A stretch of 64,000 bases of DNA from a virus. The notes under the pieces were generated by a model. It had not been told where the DNA came from. It saw only the letters and a program-made list of their open reading frames with translations, and did no database searches. Every line of letters begins with the position of its first letter. Position 1 is the stretch's first letter. The stretch covers positions 973 through 64,972 of IMG/VR virus record IMGVR_UViG_3300002091_000031; one strand, given 5' to 3'. The position numbers and the translations under genes were made by a program. Positions 49,486 to 58,342 of this stretch are shown here, piece by piece.

Positions 49486-49710
49486 ATGCTATTAGAAATA
49501 ATAAATAAACTTTTTACCGTTGTATTCTTCATGGCCGCTCTTAATTCAATAAGACATGGGTATTATTTTGTACAGACCTTGATAATTTCAAGACGTGCAG
49601 ATAATGATGATGAAGTTTTAAAGTATAAATTAAGTGGTAAATCACTACTCCTTTTAGGTGTATCAGTTGCTTACTTATTAACAGTATTATTCACTGGAAT
49701 AAAAATTTAA
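49486..49710 (+). CDS. Small two-TM membrane protein
   Basis: Hydropathy. Confidence 0.65.
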   Translation: MLLEIINKLFTVVFFMAALNSIRHGYYFVQTLIISRRADNDDEVLKYKLSGKSLLLLGVSVAYLLTVLFTGIKI

Positions 49711-49717
49711 ATTACCT

Positions 49718-50464
49718 ATGGCGAATTTACAAAAGGCACTCAACGCATTAAAACCGTATGTCATCAGTATTAGATATGTTGAGGATTTAGTAGTTGTTGA
49801 CACAATATTCAAAACTGGCTGGAACTTAATTGAATCCAGTACGATAAAAAGAATTAAAGGTGAGGATGAAACATTGAATTATTATATGATATTCAGTGAT
49901 AATCCTAATATCGGTTTAGATGAACTATTAGATTATGTATCTAATGTTATCAAGATAAATCTTGACCGTGAAAAGAAACATGATTTATTACGTGCTAAAG
50001 TAAATGAACTTAAAGAGGTGTTTAAAAAACATACTCTTTCTCAATTAAGTAGGTTAAAATTTATAATCGCCGATGAAGAGTTGGTTCCAACATTAAATGA
50101 ATTTGATATTGACGATGAAATTGATGAACCATTGCCGCAACAAATTAACCAACCTGTAGAAGAACAAGTATTCACTTCACCAGGTATACCTGCTGTCGAA
50201 TATGACCAACAAGTCATGCAACATCAGCAGCAACCATTAACTGAAGAGGAACGAGAAATGTTAGAGGAAGAAGCTAGAGCTGAAAATTTCAGACGAAAGC
50301 GAGAAGCTGAAAAATTGAATGGTAAGGTAAAACCTAAAATGAACGTTGAATTACCACCACGAAGAAAAATAAGTGAAGCTATAATAGCCAACACTTTAAT
50401 GCCAGATTGTGAATGTGGCCCAGATGAAGCTTGTGAAAAATGTATTGATTCGAAAGGATTTTAA
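49718..50464 (+). CDS. Hypothetical protein with a C-terminal Cys cluster
   Basis: Ends CECGPDEACEKC. Confidence 0.7.
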   Translation: MANLQKALNALKPYVISIRYVEDLVVVDTIFKTGWNLIESSTIKRIKGEDETLNYYMIFSDNPNIGLDELLDYVSNVIKINLDREKKHDLLRAKVNELKEVFKKHTLSQLSRLKFIIADEELVPTLNEFDIDDEIDEPLPQQINQPVEEQVFTSPGIPAVEYDQQVMQHQQQPLTEEEREMLEEEARAENFRRKREAEKLNGKVKPKMNVELPPRRKISEAIIANTLMPDCECGPDEACEKCIDSKGF

Positions 50465-50466
50465 AT

Positions 50467-50492
50467 AAAAACCCCAATATTGGGGTTTTTTT
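50467..50492. terminator. Bidirectional terminator between convergent genes
   Basis: Perfect palindrome AAAACCCCAATATTGGGGTTTT plus extra Ts. Confidence 0.85.
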
Positions 50493-50494
50493 TA

Positions 50495-50806
50495 TTACTT
50501 TTCTAATGACTCTTGTAATGTATGTGTTAACCAAACACCACCAGTTGATAATAATCCATTAAAGAATATCGTAACGTAAGTATTATCTGATACTATCGGT
50601 GGCGTTATACCAGTGTATAACATTATTGCTGAGATTGCAAAGCCCATCCAAGTGCCTAAACACATAAAACAAGTGAATAATTTGTAGATACTATAGCCAC
50701 CAGTACCAAAGTTAGTTAAAAACGACCTGAATCCTTCAAAGACAGAACCATAAATAAGATTGTTACATGCACCGTAACAAATTAAGATAAAAATAAGTGT
50801 ATTCAT
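50495..50806 (-). CDS. DUF1360-like membrane protein
   Basis: Three hydrophobic segments with LFTCFMCLGTW (CxxCxxxW). Confidence 0.6.
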   Translation of the reverse strand: MNTLIFILICYGACNNLIYGSVFEGFRSFLTNFGTGGYSIYKLFTCFMCLGTWMGFAISAIMLYTGITPPIVSDNTYVTIFFNGLLSTGGVWLTHTLQESLEK

Positions 50807-50878
50807 AATTTTTTTTGGTTAATCTAATCATTTTAATTGAAAAAATCAAGATTATTCGTATATTTACAATAAAAAATC

Positions 50879-51115
50879 ATGGAATTAGAATTAACAGAGA
50901 ATACTTCCCCAATATCGAGGGAATTACATTTAGTTGAACAGGCGAATAAATTAGAAATGACTAAGACTCTAATGAGGAAACATCAATTTATTACACAAGT
51001 TAAATCAGGTTTAGGTGATGAGATTAAAGCTAATCCTAATAAGGTTATATTTATTAAAAAACCATTTAAAGTAAGATTTAAGGAGTTTTTTATAAATTTA
51101 TTTACAAAATTTTAA
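50879..51115 (+). CDS. Hypothetical protein
   Basis: 78-aa ORF. Confidence 0.6.
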   Translation: MELELTENTSPISRELHLVEQANKLEMTKTLMRKHQFITQVKSGLGDEIKANPNKVIFIKKPFKVRFKEFFINLFTKF

Positions 51116-51116
51116 T

Positions 51117-51341
51117 ATGACTTACGATACATTAATTAAATCAATATCCGAAATAATCAATAATCCTGATATAGTTAAAACAGGATTATCATTAACCTAT
51201 GAGCTACCAGAGCATGAACATAAAGAGTTGAACGAGGAGTTATTCTATAAAACGAACTCAGTTGGTATTAACTTCACACCGATGGACGAATACGAAGTTG
51301 AACTAGGTGGAATTCTTATAAAATTTGTTAAGCAAAAATAA
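51117..51341 (+). CDS. Hypothetical protein
   Basis: 74-aa ORF. Confidence 0.6.
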   Translation: MTYDTLIKSISEIINNPDIVKTGLSLTYELPEHEHKELNEELFYKTNSVGINFTPMDEYEVELGGILIKFVKQK

Positions 51342-51354
51342 ATTTTAAAAAATA

Positions 51355-51386
51355 TTTGCAAAACACAAAAATAGTTCGTATATTTG
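51355..51386 (+). promoter_or_regulatory. Bacteroidota-type promoter for the DUF2828 gene
   Basis: TTTG-N20-TATATTTG. Confidence 0.8.
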
Positions 51387-51421
51387 CACTCAATTAAATA
51401 AAACAATTAAAATTTACTTTT

Positions 51422-52858
51422 ATGGCAACAAGTTTATTAAGAGCAATGCAAACTAAAGACACATTTACCGCTAATGGTATGTCTACTAATAGTTCCTCAC
51501 TTAACCACTGTGTTAATTTATTTTTCCAAATAGGTGCAATGAGAGGTAAAGATAAGCAATTACTTATCAATACATTCGTTAAAGCTTTTAACGAAGATGC
51601 CTTAACAGCATTAAGGTTGTTATTTTGGGCTCGTGATATTAGAGGCGGTGCTGGTGAAAGACAAGTATTTAGAGACTTAATCAAATATTTGGCTAATAAT
51701 CATTCAGAAACTCTTGGTAAGAACTTAGTTCATATCCCAGAATTCGGACGTTGGGATGACGTGTTACAATTAATTGGTACTAAGCTTGAAAACCAAGCTC
51801 TTGCGCTTATTAAAACTGGCCTTGATGAAAAGAATGGTCTTTGTGCTAAGTGGATGCCACGTCCAAACGTTGGTAACAGAGAAAGGAAGCGTGAAGCTAA
51901 TGTTCTTAGGAACTACTTACGCCTTTCTCCAAAGGATTACAGAAAGAAACTTGTTGAACTTTCAAATACTGTAGAACAATTAATGTGTTCTAAGAACTGG
52001 ACTGCTATCGAGTACTCTAAGTTGCCATCAAAAGCAATGTCAGATTACATGAAGGCGTTCTCTAAGAATGACTTAGCTCGTTTCCAAGCTTACTTGACTT
52101 CCCTTGAAAAAGGTGAAACTAAGATTAATGCTGGTGCTGTATACCCATATGACATTATCAAGAACTTGAACTATGGTTCTAAGGATGGTGCTGACCAGCA
52201 ATGGAAAGCATTACCAAACTACATGTTAGGTAATAATGAAAGATTGTTACCAGTTGTTGACACATCTGGTTCTATGTCATGTTCTGCTGGTGGAAACGCT
52301 TTAGTTAGATGTATTGACGTTGCTATCTCTTTAGGTATGTATATCTCTGAAAGGAATGTAGGTATCTTTAAGGATGCATTCGTAACATTCTCAACTAATC
52401 CAAAGTTACAGATTTTATCTGGTAAGTTATCTGAAAGATATAATCAATTGGCTCGTGCTGAATGGCATGGTAGTACAAATTTGGAAGCAACATTTAACCT
52501 TATCTTAGGTCAAGCTAAGAGGCATAGTGTTCCTGTTGAAGAAATGCCAACAATGGTATTGATATTATCAGATATGCAATTCAATCCAAGTGTTGTAGGT
52601 GGTTGGAATCCAACTGCTCAAGAAATGATAAGAGCACAATATGCTGCTGCTGGGTACACAATGCCTAAGATAGTATATTGGAACCTTAACGCTAAGAATA
52701 CTGATAGTCCAGTTCATTTTGATGAAAAAGGAACTGCGTTAGTATCTGGTTTCAGCCCTTCATTGTTGAAAAACTTGTTGGCTGGTAAGGACCTTACACC
52801 AATCAGTATGATGAACGAAGTTGTTAATAGCGAACGTTATCAAAAGATTACAATATAA
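51422..52858 (+). CDS. DUF2828-family helical-repeat plus vWA protein (Ro60/TROVE-like architecture)
   Basis: LFWARDIRGGAGERQVFR, EFGRWDD, AKWMPR, INAGAVYPYD, MIDAS VDTSGSM, STN, ILSDMQF, VYWNL and LVSGFSP. Confidence 0.82.
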   Translation: MATSLLRAMQTKDTFTANGMSTNSSSLNHCVNLFFQIGAMRGKDKQLLINTFVKAFNEDALTALRLLFWARDIRGGAGERQVFRDLIKYLANNHSETLGKNLVHIPEFGRWDDVLQLIGTKLENQALALIKTGLDEKNGLCAKWMPRPNVGNRERKREANVLRNYLRLSPKDYRKKLVELSNTVEQLMCSKNWTAIEYSKLPSKAMSDYMKAFSKNDLARFQAYLTSLEKGETKINAGAVYPYDIIKNLNYGSKDGADQQWKALPNYMLGNNERLLPVVDTSGSMSCSAGGNALVRCIDVAISLGMYISERNVGIFKDAFVTFSTNPKLQILSGKLSERYNQLARAEWHGSTNLEATFNLILGQAKRHSVPVEEMPTMVLILSDMQFNPSVVGGWNPTAQEMIRAQYAAAGYTMPKIVYWNLNAKNTDSPVHFDEKGTALVSGFSPSLLKNLLAGKDLTPISMMNEVVNSERYQKITI

Positions 52859-52869
52859 TACCTGCATAA

Positions 52870-53024
52870 AAGATGTATACTGCAATTTACAAATCTAAGA
52901 AAAATGTTCAAAATTGCTAAACCCTTGGGCCTTTTAAAATTGTTTCAGCCCTTTCAAATTGTTTTATTTAATTAATTTGAAACAATCTTCACAACAGAGT
53001 TTGAAGTAAATACTCCCACATCTT
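52870..53024 (+). ncRNA. Candidate structured ncRNA (copy A of the RTWC-N-GCAA closing-stem family)
   Basis: AAGATGT(52870-76)/ACATCTT(53018-24) closing stem, followed on the 5' side by ATACTGCAA; internal hairpin TTTCAAATT/AATTTGAAA; lies between the DUF2828 stop and its terminator. Confidence 0.5.
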
Positions 53025-53041
53025 GGCAAGGTTATAAAAAG

Positions 53042-53068
53042 AAGTCGTAATTTATTACGGCTTTTTTT
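53042..53068 (+). terminator. Intrinsic terminator
   Basis: AAGTCGTAA-TTTA-TTACGGCTT followed by TTTTT. Confidence 0.85.
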
Positions 53069-53117
53069 GTTTATTGTATTTACACTTTAAAAAAATTTGT
53101 CTAATTTTAAATAAAAA

Positions 53118-53303
53118 ATGACAGTAGTAGTAAAACCAATTGATGAGTACAGAAGTAAAGTTTTTAAAGGCCGAACAATTACTCAGTATATCGTTTATTT
53201 AATGATAAACGGTCAACCAATAAAAGCTGAATTAGCGTTAGGTGATTCAGAAAGAGACAGTTTAATAGCTGTTTTTCTAAAAGAAGCAAACAATAAATCA
53301 TGA
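53118..53303 (+). CDS. Hypothetical protein
   Basis: 61 aa, A-rich start, ATGA overlap with the next gene. Confidence 0.6.
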   Translation: MTVVVKPIDEYRSKVFKGRTITQYIVYLMINGQPIKAELALGDSERDSLIAVFLKEANNKS

Positions 53304-53605
53304 GCGGAACAACAGAATCAACGTATCCATTAGTATTAGTATTCTATGTGGATAGACAAGTTATGAGTAACCGTCCATTAATGGACCAGTTCTCACAATC
53401 AGTTAATCATCTAATAGAAGCTAAGAACTTCAAGGTGATGGCATTTTTCCTACCTACGGACGATGTAGAGCGAATAGAATGTATTAACCCTATCATTGCT
53501 CCACCAGAACAAATGGAGCGTGTAAATAAGCTAATAAACGACATTTCCGTTAACTTCGGTATAGATGGTGAAAAATTAACCCCAGATGAAACTATTACTA
53601 CTTAA
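53300..53605 (+). CDS. Hypothetical protein
   Basis: 101-aa ORF. Confidence 0.65.
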   Translation: MSGTTESTYPLVLVFYVDRQVMSNRPLMDQFSQSVNHLIEAKNFKVMAFFLPTDDVERIECINPIIAPPEQMERVNKLINDISVNFGIDGEKLTPDETITT

Positions 53606-53720
53606 AATTCAGCGATTCTTTCTTAAACCATTAAGAAAATGGCAAGGAAAAAAATATGTTGACCCTATAACTGGAATCGTTCATTTTAACTTGCATTATC
53701 AAAAAGATTATTATTTTTAA
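53586..53720 (+). CDS. 44-aa ORF not in the supplied track (MKLLLLKIQRFFLKPLRKWQGKKYVDPITGIVHFNLHYQKDYYF)
   Basis: Fills the gap up to the next promoter; overlaps the upstream stop. Confidence 0.4.
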   Translation: MKLLLLKIQRFFLKPLRKWQGKKYVDPITGIVHFNLHYQKDYYF

Positions 53721-53727
53721 AAATAAA

Positions 53728-53758
53728 TTTGGTGGTATCAAAAAAGGTTGTATATTTG
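53728..53758 (+). promoter_or_regulatory. Bacteroidota-type promoter
   Basis: TTTG-N19-TATATTTG. Confidence 0.75.
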
Positions 53759-53789
53759 CATCATTAAATAACAATAAAAATAAAAAAAA

Positions 53790-54017
53790 ATGAGCGAAAG
53801 AATTGTAATTGAGAATGCCCCAAACATTTATGATGGTTTGGATGCCGCTATTGCGGAAATGGAAAACCGTGGTTTAGGTACTGTAGGTACTGATATTCCT
53901 GTGTGTGTAGTTTTAAAGACTACTGGAGAAATCCGTAATGGTAACCGAGTGTTTAACGTCTTAGCCTATATTGGTGCTACTGACACTGAAATTATCAATG
54001 ATTTAGAGGGCGATTAA
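53790..54017 (+). CDS. Hypothetical protein
   Basis: 75 aa, A-rich start. Confidence 0.65.
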   Translation: MSERIVIENAPNIYDGLDAAIAEMENRGLGTVGTDIPVCVVLKTTGEIRNGNRVFNVLAYIGATDTEIINDLEGD

Positions 54018-54073
54018 ACAAACATTGTAAATCTAGTTAAAAAAAGTATTTTAATCAACAAAAGTAAAAAAAA

Positions 54074-54709
54074 ATGAAAAAAATTTTAAGTTTCTCGTTT
54101 ATTGCAATTATCATAGCATTGGTATCTTGCAACAGTCAACCAGCGGTTGTTTATTCAGCGCAACCCCAAGTAGTAGCACAACAACCAGTTGTTGTATCTC
54201 AGCCAGTAGTGGCTCAACAAAATTATCAGATAATCACTGACCCTTATTCAGGCACTCAAGACGTGGTTTATGTAATGAATGGCATTCAGTATGTAATTGC
54301 CTACAATCAGTTTATGAGTTGGTATAATTATGGCGGTTTTGGGTATGTGAATAGTATGTATGGTTCACATCGTAATTATTTTAGTAGCTATAATTCATCT
54401 AGGTATCGTTCTTGGAAATCATCACCGTTTAGGAATACTTATAATGGCCCTTCTAGGACATCTACAAGTACTTCATCATTTAGTAATAGAACAACAACCC
54501 CAACAGGTTCATCATTTGGTAATAGGACAACTACAAGTACTTCATCATTTGGTAAACCAACAACAATAAGCGGAAGCAGTTCATCCTCATTTGGTAGTAG
54601 AACTTCGACCTCAAGCTTTAGCCGACCTTCAACATCATCTTCTTCCTTCGGTTCTAGTAGAAGTTCCTCTAGTGGTTCTTCGTCATCCTCTTTCGGAAGA
54701 AGGCGTTAA
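54074..54709 (+). CDS. Lipoprotein with a Ser/Thr/Phe/Gly/Arg low-complexity tail
   Basis: MKK-hydrophobic-LVSC lipobox (Cys19); SSFG/SSFS repeats. Confidence 0.75.
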   Translation: MKKILSFSFIAIIIALVSCNSQPAVVYSAQPQVVAQQPVVVSQPVVAQQNYQIITDPYSGTQDVVYVMNGIQYVIAYNQFMSWYNYGGFGYVNSMYGSHRNYFSSYNSSRYRSWKSSPFRNTYNGPSRTSTSTSSFSNRTTTPTGSSFGNRTTTSTSSFGKPTTISGSSSSSFGSRTSTSSFSRPSTSSSSFGSSRSSSSGSSSSSFGRRR

Positions 54710-54715
54710 AAATTA

Positions 54716-54904
54716 ATGACAAATCAAGAAAAGGCTGCTTATTACGATAATTTACTTCGTGAAAGCGATGCTCTACAGAGAGCAAATTCAAAGATGAAAT
54801 CTGAGTATGTTGTAAATATACCTGATAACATTCAAAGACAAATTGACGAGAATAATAAAAAAATCGCCAATCTAGTAGTAAAGTTGGAAAACCTTCTACG
54901 TTAA
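54716..54904 (+). CDS. Small coiled-coil protein
   Basis: 62-aa ORF. Confidence 0.65.
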   Translation: MTNQEKAAYYDNLLRESDALQRANSKMKSEYVVNIPDNIQRQIDENNKKIANLVVKLENLLR

Positions 54905-55560
54905 GGTCTAGTACTGGTGCGCTTAATCTTCTGAATAGGCCAGCCAGTACTTTCCTTTATAAGGTCATACATACGAGTTATGGTAGCTGGCGTAGCCGTT
55001 CCCATAAACATTAGACTTTTAATTTTTTGTTTCCTAGCTATTTTAGCTAAAGAATGATGCAACCTTTGTGCATCATTTTTGTTTTTACATAGTACCATAT
55101 CGAATTGGTCCTCATTATATATTACTAATTTATTATGTACAATAATTATTTGCTTTACCATCTTATCTTTAAAGGCTCCAACCATTAACCTTTTTACAAC
55201 GTCATCAATTGTTGGTCTATTAGCTTTAGGGTCACGTCCAAATATCCAGAATTCTTCTTCAATTTCATAAGGTTCAGATGCTAATATCGTCCAATCACCA
55301 ATAGGCTTTTCAGTATAAGTTCGGCCAAAGTCATCTCTAACAGTTCTAAACACATCGTTAGGCTCAGTCGGTTTTATCAAACATATTTTAAACTCTACAG
55401 GTTTTATTTTACCCGTATTTATAAATCTCTTAGGAAACATTACCTTCTCATTAGCAGCTATTAATGAATGATATGCTTTATAACATGTCTCAACAGTCTT
55501 ACTGCGATGAAATGTTTTTTTATACTCTCCATTACTTACTAAAATAACTCTATATACCAT
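54901..55560 (-). CDS. Hypothetical basic protein
   Basis: 219 aa, convergent with the upstream operon. Confidence 0.75.
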   Translation of the reverse strand: MVYRVILVSNGEYKKTFHRSKTVETCYKAYHSLIAANEKVMFPKRFINTGKIKPVEFKICLIKPTEPNDVFRTVRDDFGRTYTEKPIGDWTILASEPYEIEEEFWIFGRDPKANRPTIDDVVKRLMVGAFKDKMVKQIIIVHNKLVIYNEDQFDMVLCKNKNDAQRLHHSLAKIARKQKIKSLMFMGTATPATITRMYDLIKESTGWPIQKIKRTSTRP

Positions 55561-55561
55561 T

Positions 55562-55593
55562 TTTGGTTTTTAAATAAAAATAACGTATATTTG
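55562..55593 (+). promoter_or_regulatory. Bacteroidota-type promoter for dnaJ
   Basis: TTTG-N20-TATATTTG. Confidence 0.7.
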
Positions 55594-55613
55594 CAAAAAA
55601 TAAAGATATAATT

Positions 55614-56642
55614 ATGGCTAAAAAGGATTTTTACGAGGTTTTAGGTGTTACAAATACCGCCACACCAGATGAAATAAAGAAAGCTTATCGTAAACTTGCT
55701 AAAACAAATCACCCAGATGTTGGTGGTGATGCCGAAGCGTTTAAAGAAATTGCTGAAGCTTATGAAGTTTTATCCGACAAGGATAAAAAGGATAAGTATG
55801 ATAAATTTGGTATGTCAGGCTTTGATAATAGCGTTGATAGCGGTGGGGGGTATGATGCAATGGCTGATTTTTTTAAACGTGCTGGATTTACTCAAAGGGG
55901 ACAACGAATGAATAAGGGTTCAAATTTAACTCTTAATATAAAGTTAACTCTTGAGGAAATTTTCACTGGCGTTACTAAGAAATTCACATATAAGAAAAGG
56001 GGTAATTGTACCGATTGTAACTCAACAGGTGGGCATGGTAGTACTAATTGTTCCCAATGCGGTGGTACAGGTATGAGAGTTGAAGTAGTAAAAACCCCAT
56101 TTGCTGTTATACATAATCAATATACATGCGATATTTGCGATGGTAATGGAACCGTATATCAATCTAAATGTGAAACATGTAAAGGCGAAGGTACTGTTGA
56201 CACTAATGAAACGATTGATGTTAATGTTCCAGCTGGTATTGTTGATTCTATGCAGTTCTTAATGTCTGGTAAGGGTCATTCAACTAGGAACGGTATATCG
56301 GGTGATTTAATCATTAATATAACTGAATTGAAGCATGATAAGTTTGTCAGGGCTGGTAATGATTTGCGTGTAAAACTTAAACTAAACTATCACCAATTAA
56401 TCTTAGGTGATAAAGTTGAAACTACGACTATAGAAGGTACTAAAATAAGAGTTACCGTACCTGAATTTAGTAATGTAAATAATACCCTTAGAATCCCTAA
56501 GAAAGGAATGACTCAATTGAATAATACTAACCGTGGCGATATGATATTCGAACTTGAACTTTCTGTTGATAAAGAAATGTCTGCTGAAGAATTGGAATTA
56601 GTTAAAAAAATTAAGGAACTTAAAGAAAATATTGCATCTTAG
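55614..56642 (+). CDS. dnaJ: DnaJ co-chaperone (J domain, four CxxCxGxG motifs, C-terminal domain)
   Basis: DFYEVLGV...AYRKLA...HPD; CTDC, CSQC, CDIC and CETC. Confidence 0.93.
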   Translation: MAKKDFYEVLGVTNTATPDEIKKAYRKLAKTNHPDVGGDAEAFKEIAEAYEVLSDKDKKDKYDKFGMSGFDNSVDSGGGYDAMADFFKRAGFTQRGQRMNKGSNLTLNIKLTLEEIFTGVTKKFTYKKRGNCTDCNSTGGHGSTNCSQCGGTGMRVEVVKTPFAVIHNQYTCDICDGNGTVYQSKCETCKGEGTVDTNETIDVNVPAGIVDSMQFLMSGKGHSTRNGISGDLIINITELKHDKFVRAGNDLRVKLKLNYHQLILGDKVETTTIEGTKIRVTVPEFSNVNNTLRIPKKGMTQLNNTNRGDMIFELELSVDKEMSAEELELVKKIKELKENIAS

Positions 56643-56662
56643 TGATTTTCTTAGTATATTTG
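56632..56662 (+). promoter_or_regulatory. Bacteroidota-type promoter for the clpP operon
   Basis: TTG-N20-TATATTTG. Confidence 0.7.
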
Positions 56663-56684
56663 CTATAATTAAAACGAAAACAAT

Positions 56685-57092
56685 ATGGCAGAGTATCAAG
56701 AAGTATTTCCAGACCACCAAGAGCTATTCACTAATTTAATAGCTGAAATTGATTCACTTAACAGTGTTAACATTAAGGTGTTAGGTAACAATGAATTAAA
56801 GGAAGTAACTAAAATTATTAAGGCGAATGACCTTTTAAGACACGAAAGTGCAAACGATGTTTACATCATTCTAAATGAAACGATTTTCGAACCGTTAAAT
56901 GAAGAACAAAAAGCTATGGTTGTTGAAGAAACTGTAGCACAAATCTACTTTGATGCTGAAAAGGATAAAATATCCATTATTAAGCCTGACTTTACCACTT
57001 TTAGTGGGTTATTAGTTAAGTATGGACATCAAAAGTGTTTAGACCTTAAAGCTCTTATCAGATTGATGTACGAATCACAAGGAGATAACTAA
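56685..57092 (+). CDS. Hypothetical protein, weakly reminiscent of phage metallopeptidase-like proteins without an HExxH motif
   Basis: 135 aa; EETVAQI sits where HELxH would be expected. Confidence 0.55.
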   Translation: MAEYQEVFPDHQELFTNLIAEIDSLNSVNIKVLGNNELKEVTKIIKANDLLRHESANDVYIILNETIFEPLNEEQKAMVVEETVAQIYFDAEKDKISIIKPDFTTFSGLLVKYGHQKCLDLKALIRLMYESQGDN

Positions 57093-57093
57093 G

Positions 57094-57345
57094 ATGACTA
57101 GAGAAGAAATTGAAGAAATTAATCCTGAGGCATTATTATGTGATGGGTTTGATGAAGCGATAATCGGCATGGCTGAGAGGATAAATCTTGGCCCTGTCGT
57201 AGCTTACTCAGTGGAAAAAATCATTGGTACTCTAATGAGTAGAGATGAAATGTCTTATGAAGATGCGTATGAGTACTACAATTTTAATATTGTCGGTGCT
57301 TGGATGGGTGATAACACACCAGTATTTATAACTACAGAAGCATGA
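57094..57345 (+). CDS. Conserved-looking small phage protein
   Basis: DGFDEAIIG...AYSVEKI...EY..FNI.GAWMG..TP. Confidence 0.7.
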   Translation: MTREEIEEINPEALLCDGFDEAIIGMAERINLGPVVAYSVEKIIGTLMSRDEMSYEDAYEYYNFNIVGAWMGDNTPVFITTEA

Positions 57346-57635
57346 GTAAAAAGAAAATTGAAAGAGAAATAATTAAAATTAACCAAGAAAATTGGGGTGA
57401 TTTTACAGGTCATGGTCCTTGGGAATTAAATGGTGAAATTTATAATTTTATTGAAGATTACCCTAGTCGAGATTGCGATGGTGAATGTCACAACGTAGTT
57501 GTTGAACGTCAGTCAGATAAAAAATTATTTAGATTCACTTGGCAATATTCTCATGGAAGTGGTAATTATTACTTTGATGATGATGAATTAGAAGAGGTTT
57601 TTTTAAAAATAGTAACAACTAGAAAATACGAATAA
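57342..57635 (+). CDS. Hypothetical protein
   Basis: ATGA-coupled 97-aa ORF. Confidence 0.65.
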   Translation: MSKKKIEREIIKINQENWGDFTGHGPWELNGEIYNFIEDYPSRDCDGECHNVVVERQSDKKLFRFTWQYSHGSGNYYFDDDELEEVFLKIVTTRKYE

Positions 57636-58342
57636 TGATAAGAACAGATTTTAACACTTATGCCAAAAAACATTTTGGTGTAACCGATACCCAATTTCGT
57701 GATTGGGAAGTTTTACAGACACAGATATACAATAATGTGATGGTTACTGGGTCTTTAACACCATATGTACTAGAAGAACGTGAATTGAGGGTAACTCAAA
57801 TTGACATCTTCTCAAGAATGATGTTAGATAGAATTCTTTGGTTGGCTGGTCCAGTTAATGATAGAATGTCAACAGTTGTTCAAGCACAATTAATGTTCTT
57901 GGATAACCAAGAGAGTAAAGACATCACGATGTACGTTGACACACCAGGTGGTTCTGTAAAATCAGGTCTATCCATCGTTGATACTATGGAGTATGTATCC
58001 TCAGACATTATAACTATTAATACAGGTATGGCCGCAAGTATGGGTAGTATCTTATTGGGTGCTGGAACAAAAGGTAAGAGGTATTCATTACCCTCAAGTA
58101 GAGTAATGTTACACCAAGTCTCTGCTGGTACCGAAGGTAATATCCAAGATATGAGGGTTTCAATGGTGGAAAGTGAGAAGTATAACGACCACTTATTCAA
58201 AATGCTTGCTAGTTATACTGGAAAAACTGCTGAAGAAGTAATGAAAGATGCTGAGAGAGATTTCTGGTTAACAGCTGATGAAGCTTTAGCGTATGGAATC
58301 ATTGATGGTATAGTTAAAAACAAACCTAAAGGTAAAAAATAA
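57635..58342 (+). CDS. clpP: ATP-dependent Clp protease proteolytic subunit
   Basis: DIFSR...DRI, TPGGSV, catalytic AASMG, MLHQ, ERDFW and YGIID. Confidence 0.93.
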   Translation: MIRTDFNTYAKKHFGVTDTQFRDWEVLQTQIYNNVMVTGSLTPYVLEERELRVTQIDIFSRMMLDRILWLAGPVNDRMSTVVQAQLMFLDNQESKDITMYVDTPGGSVKSGLSIVDTMEYVSSDIITINTGMAASMGSILLGAGTKGKRYSLPSSRVMLHQVSAGTEGNIQDMRVSMVESEKYNDHLFKMLASYTGKTAEEVMKDAERDFWLTADEALAYGIIDGIVKNKPKGKK

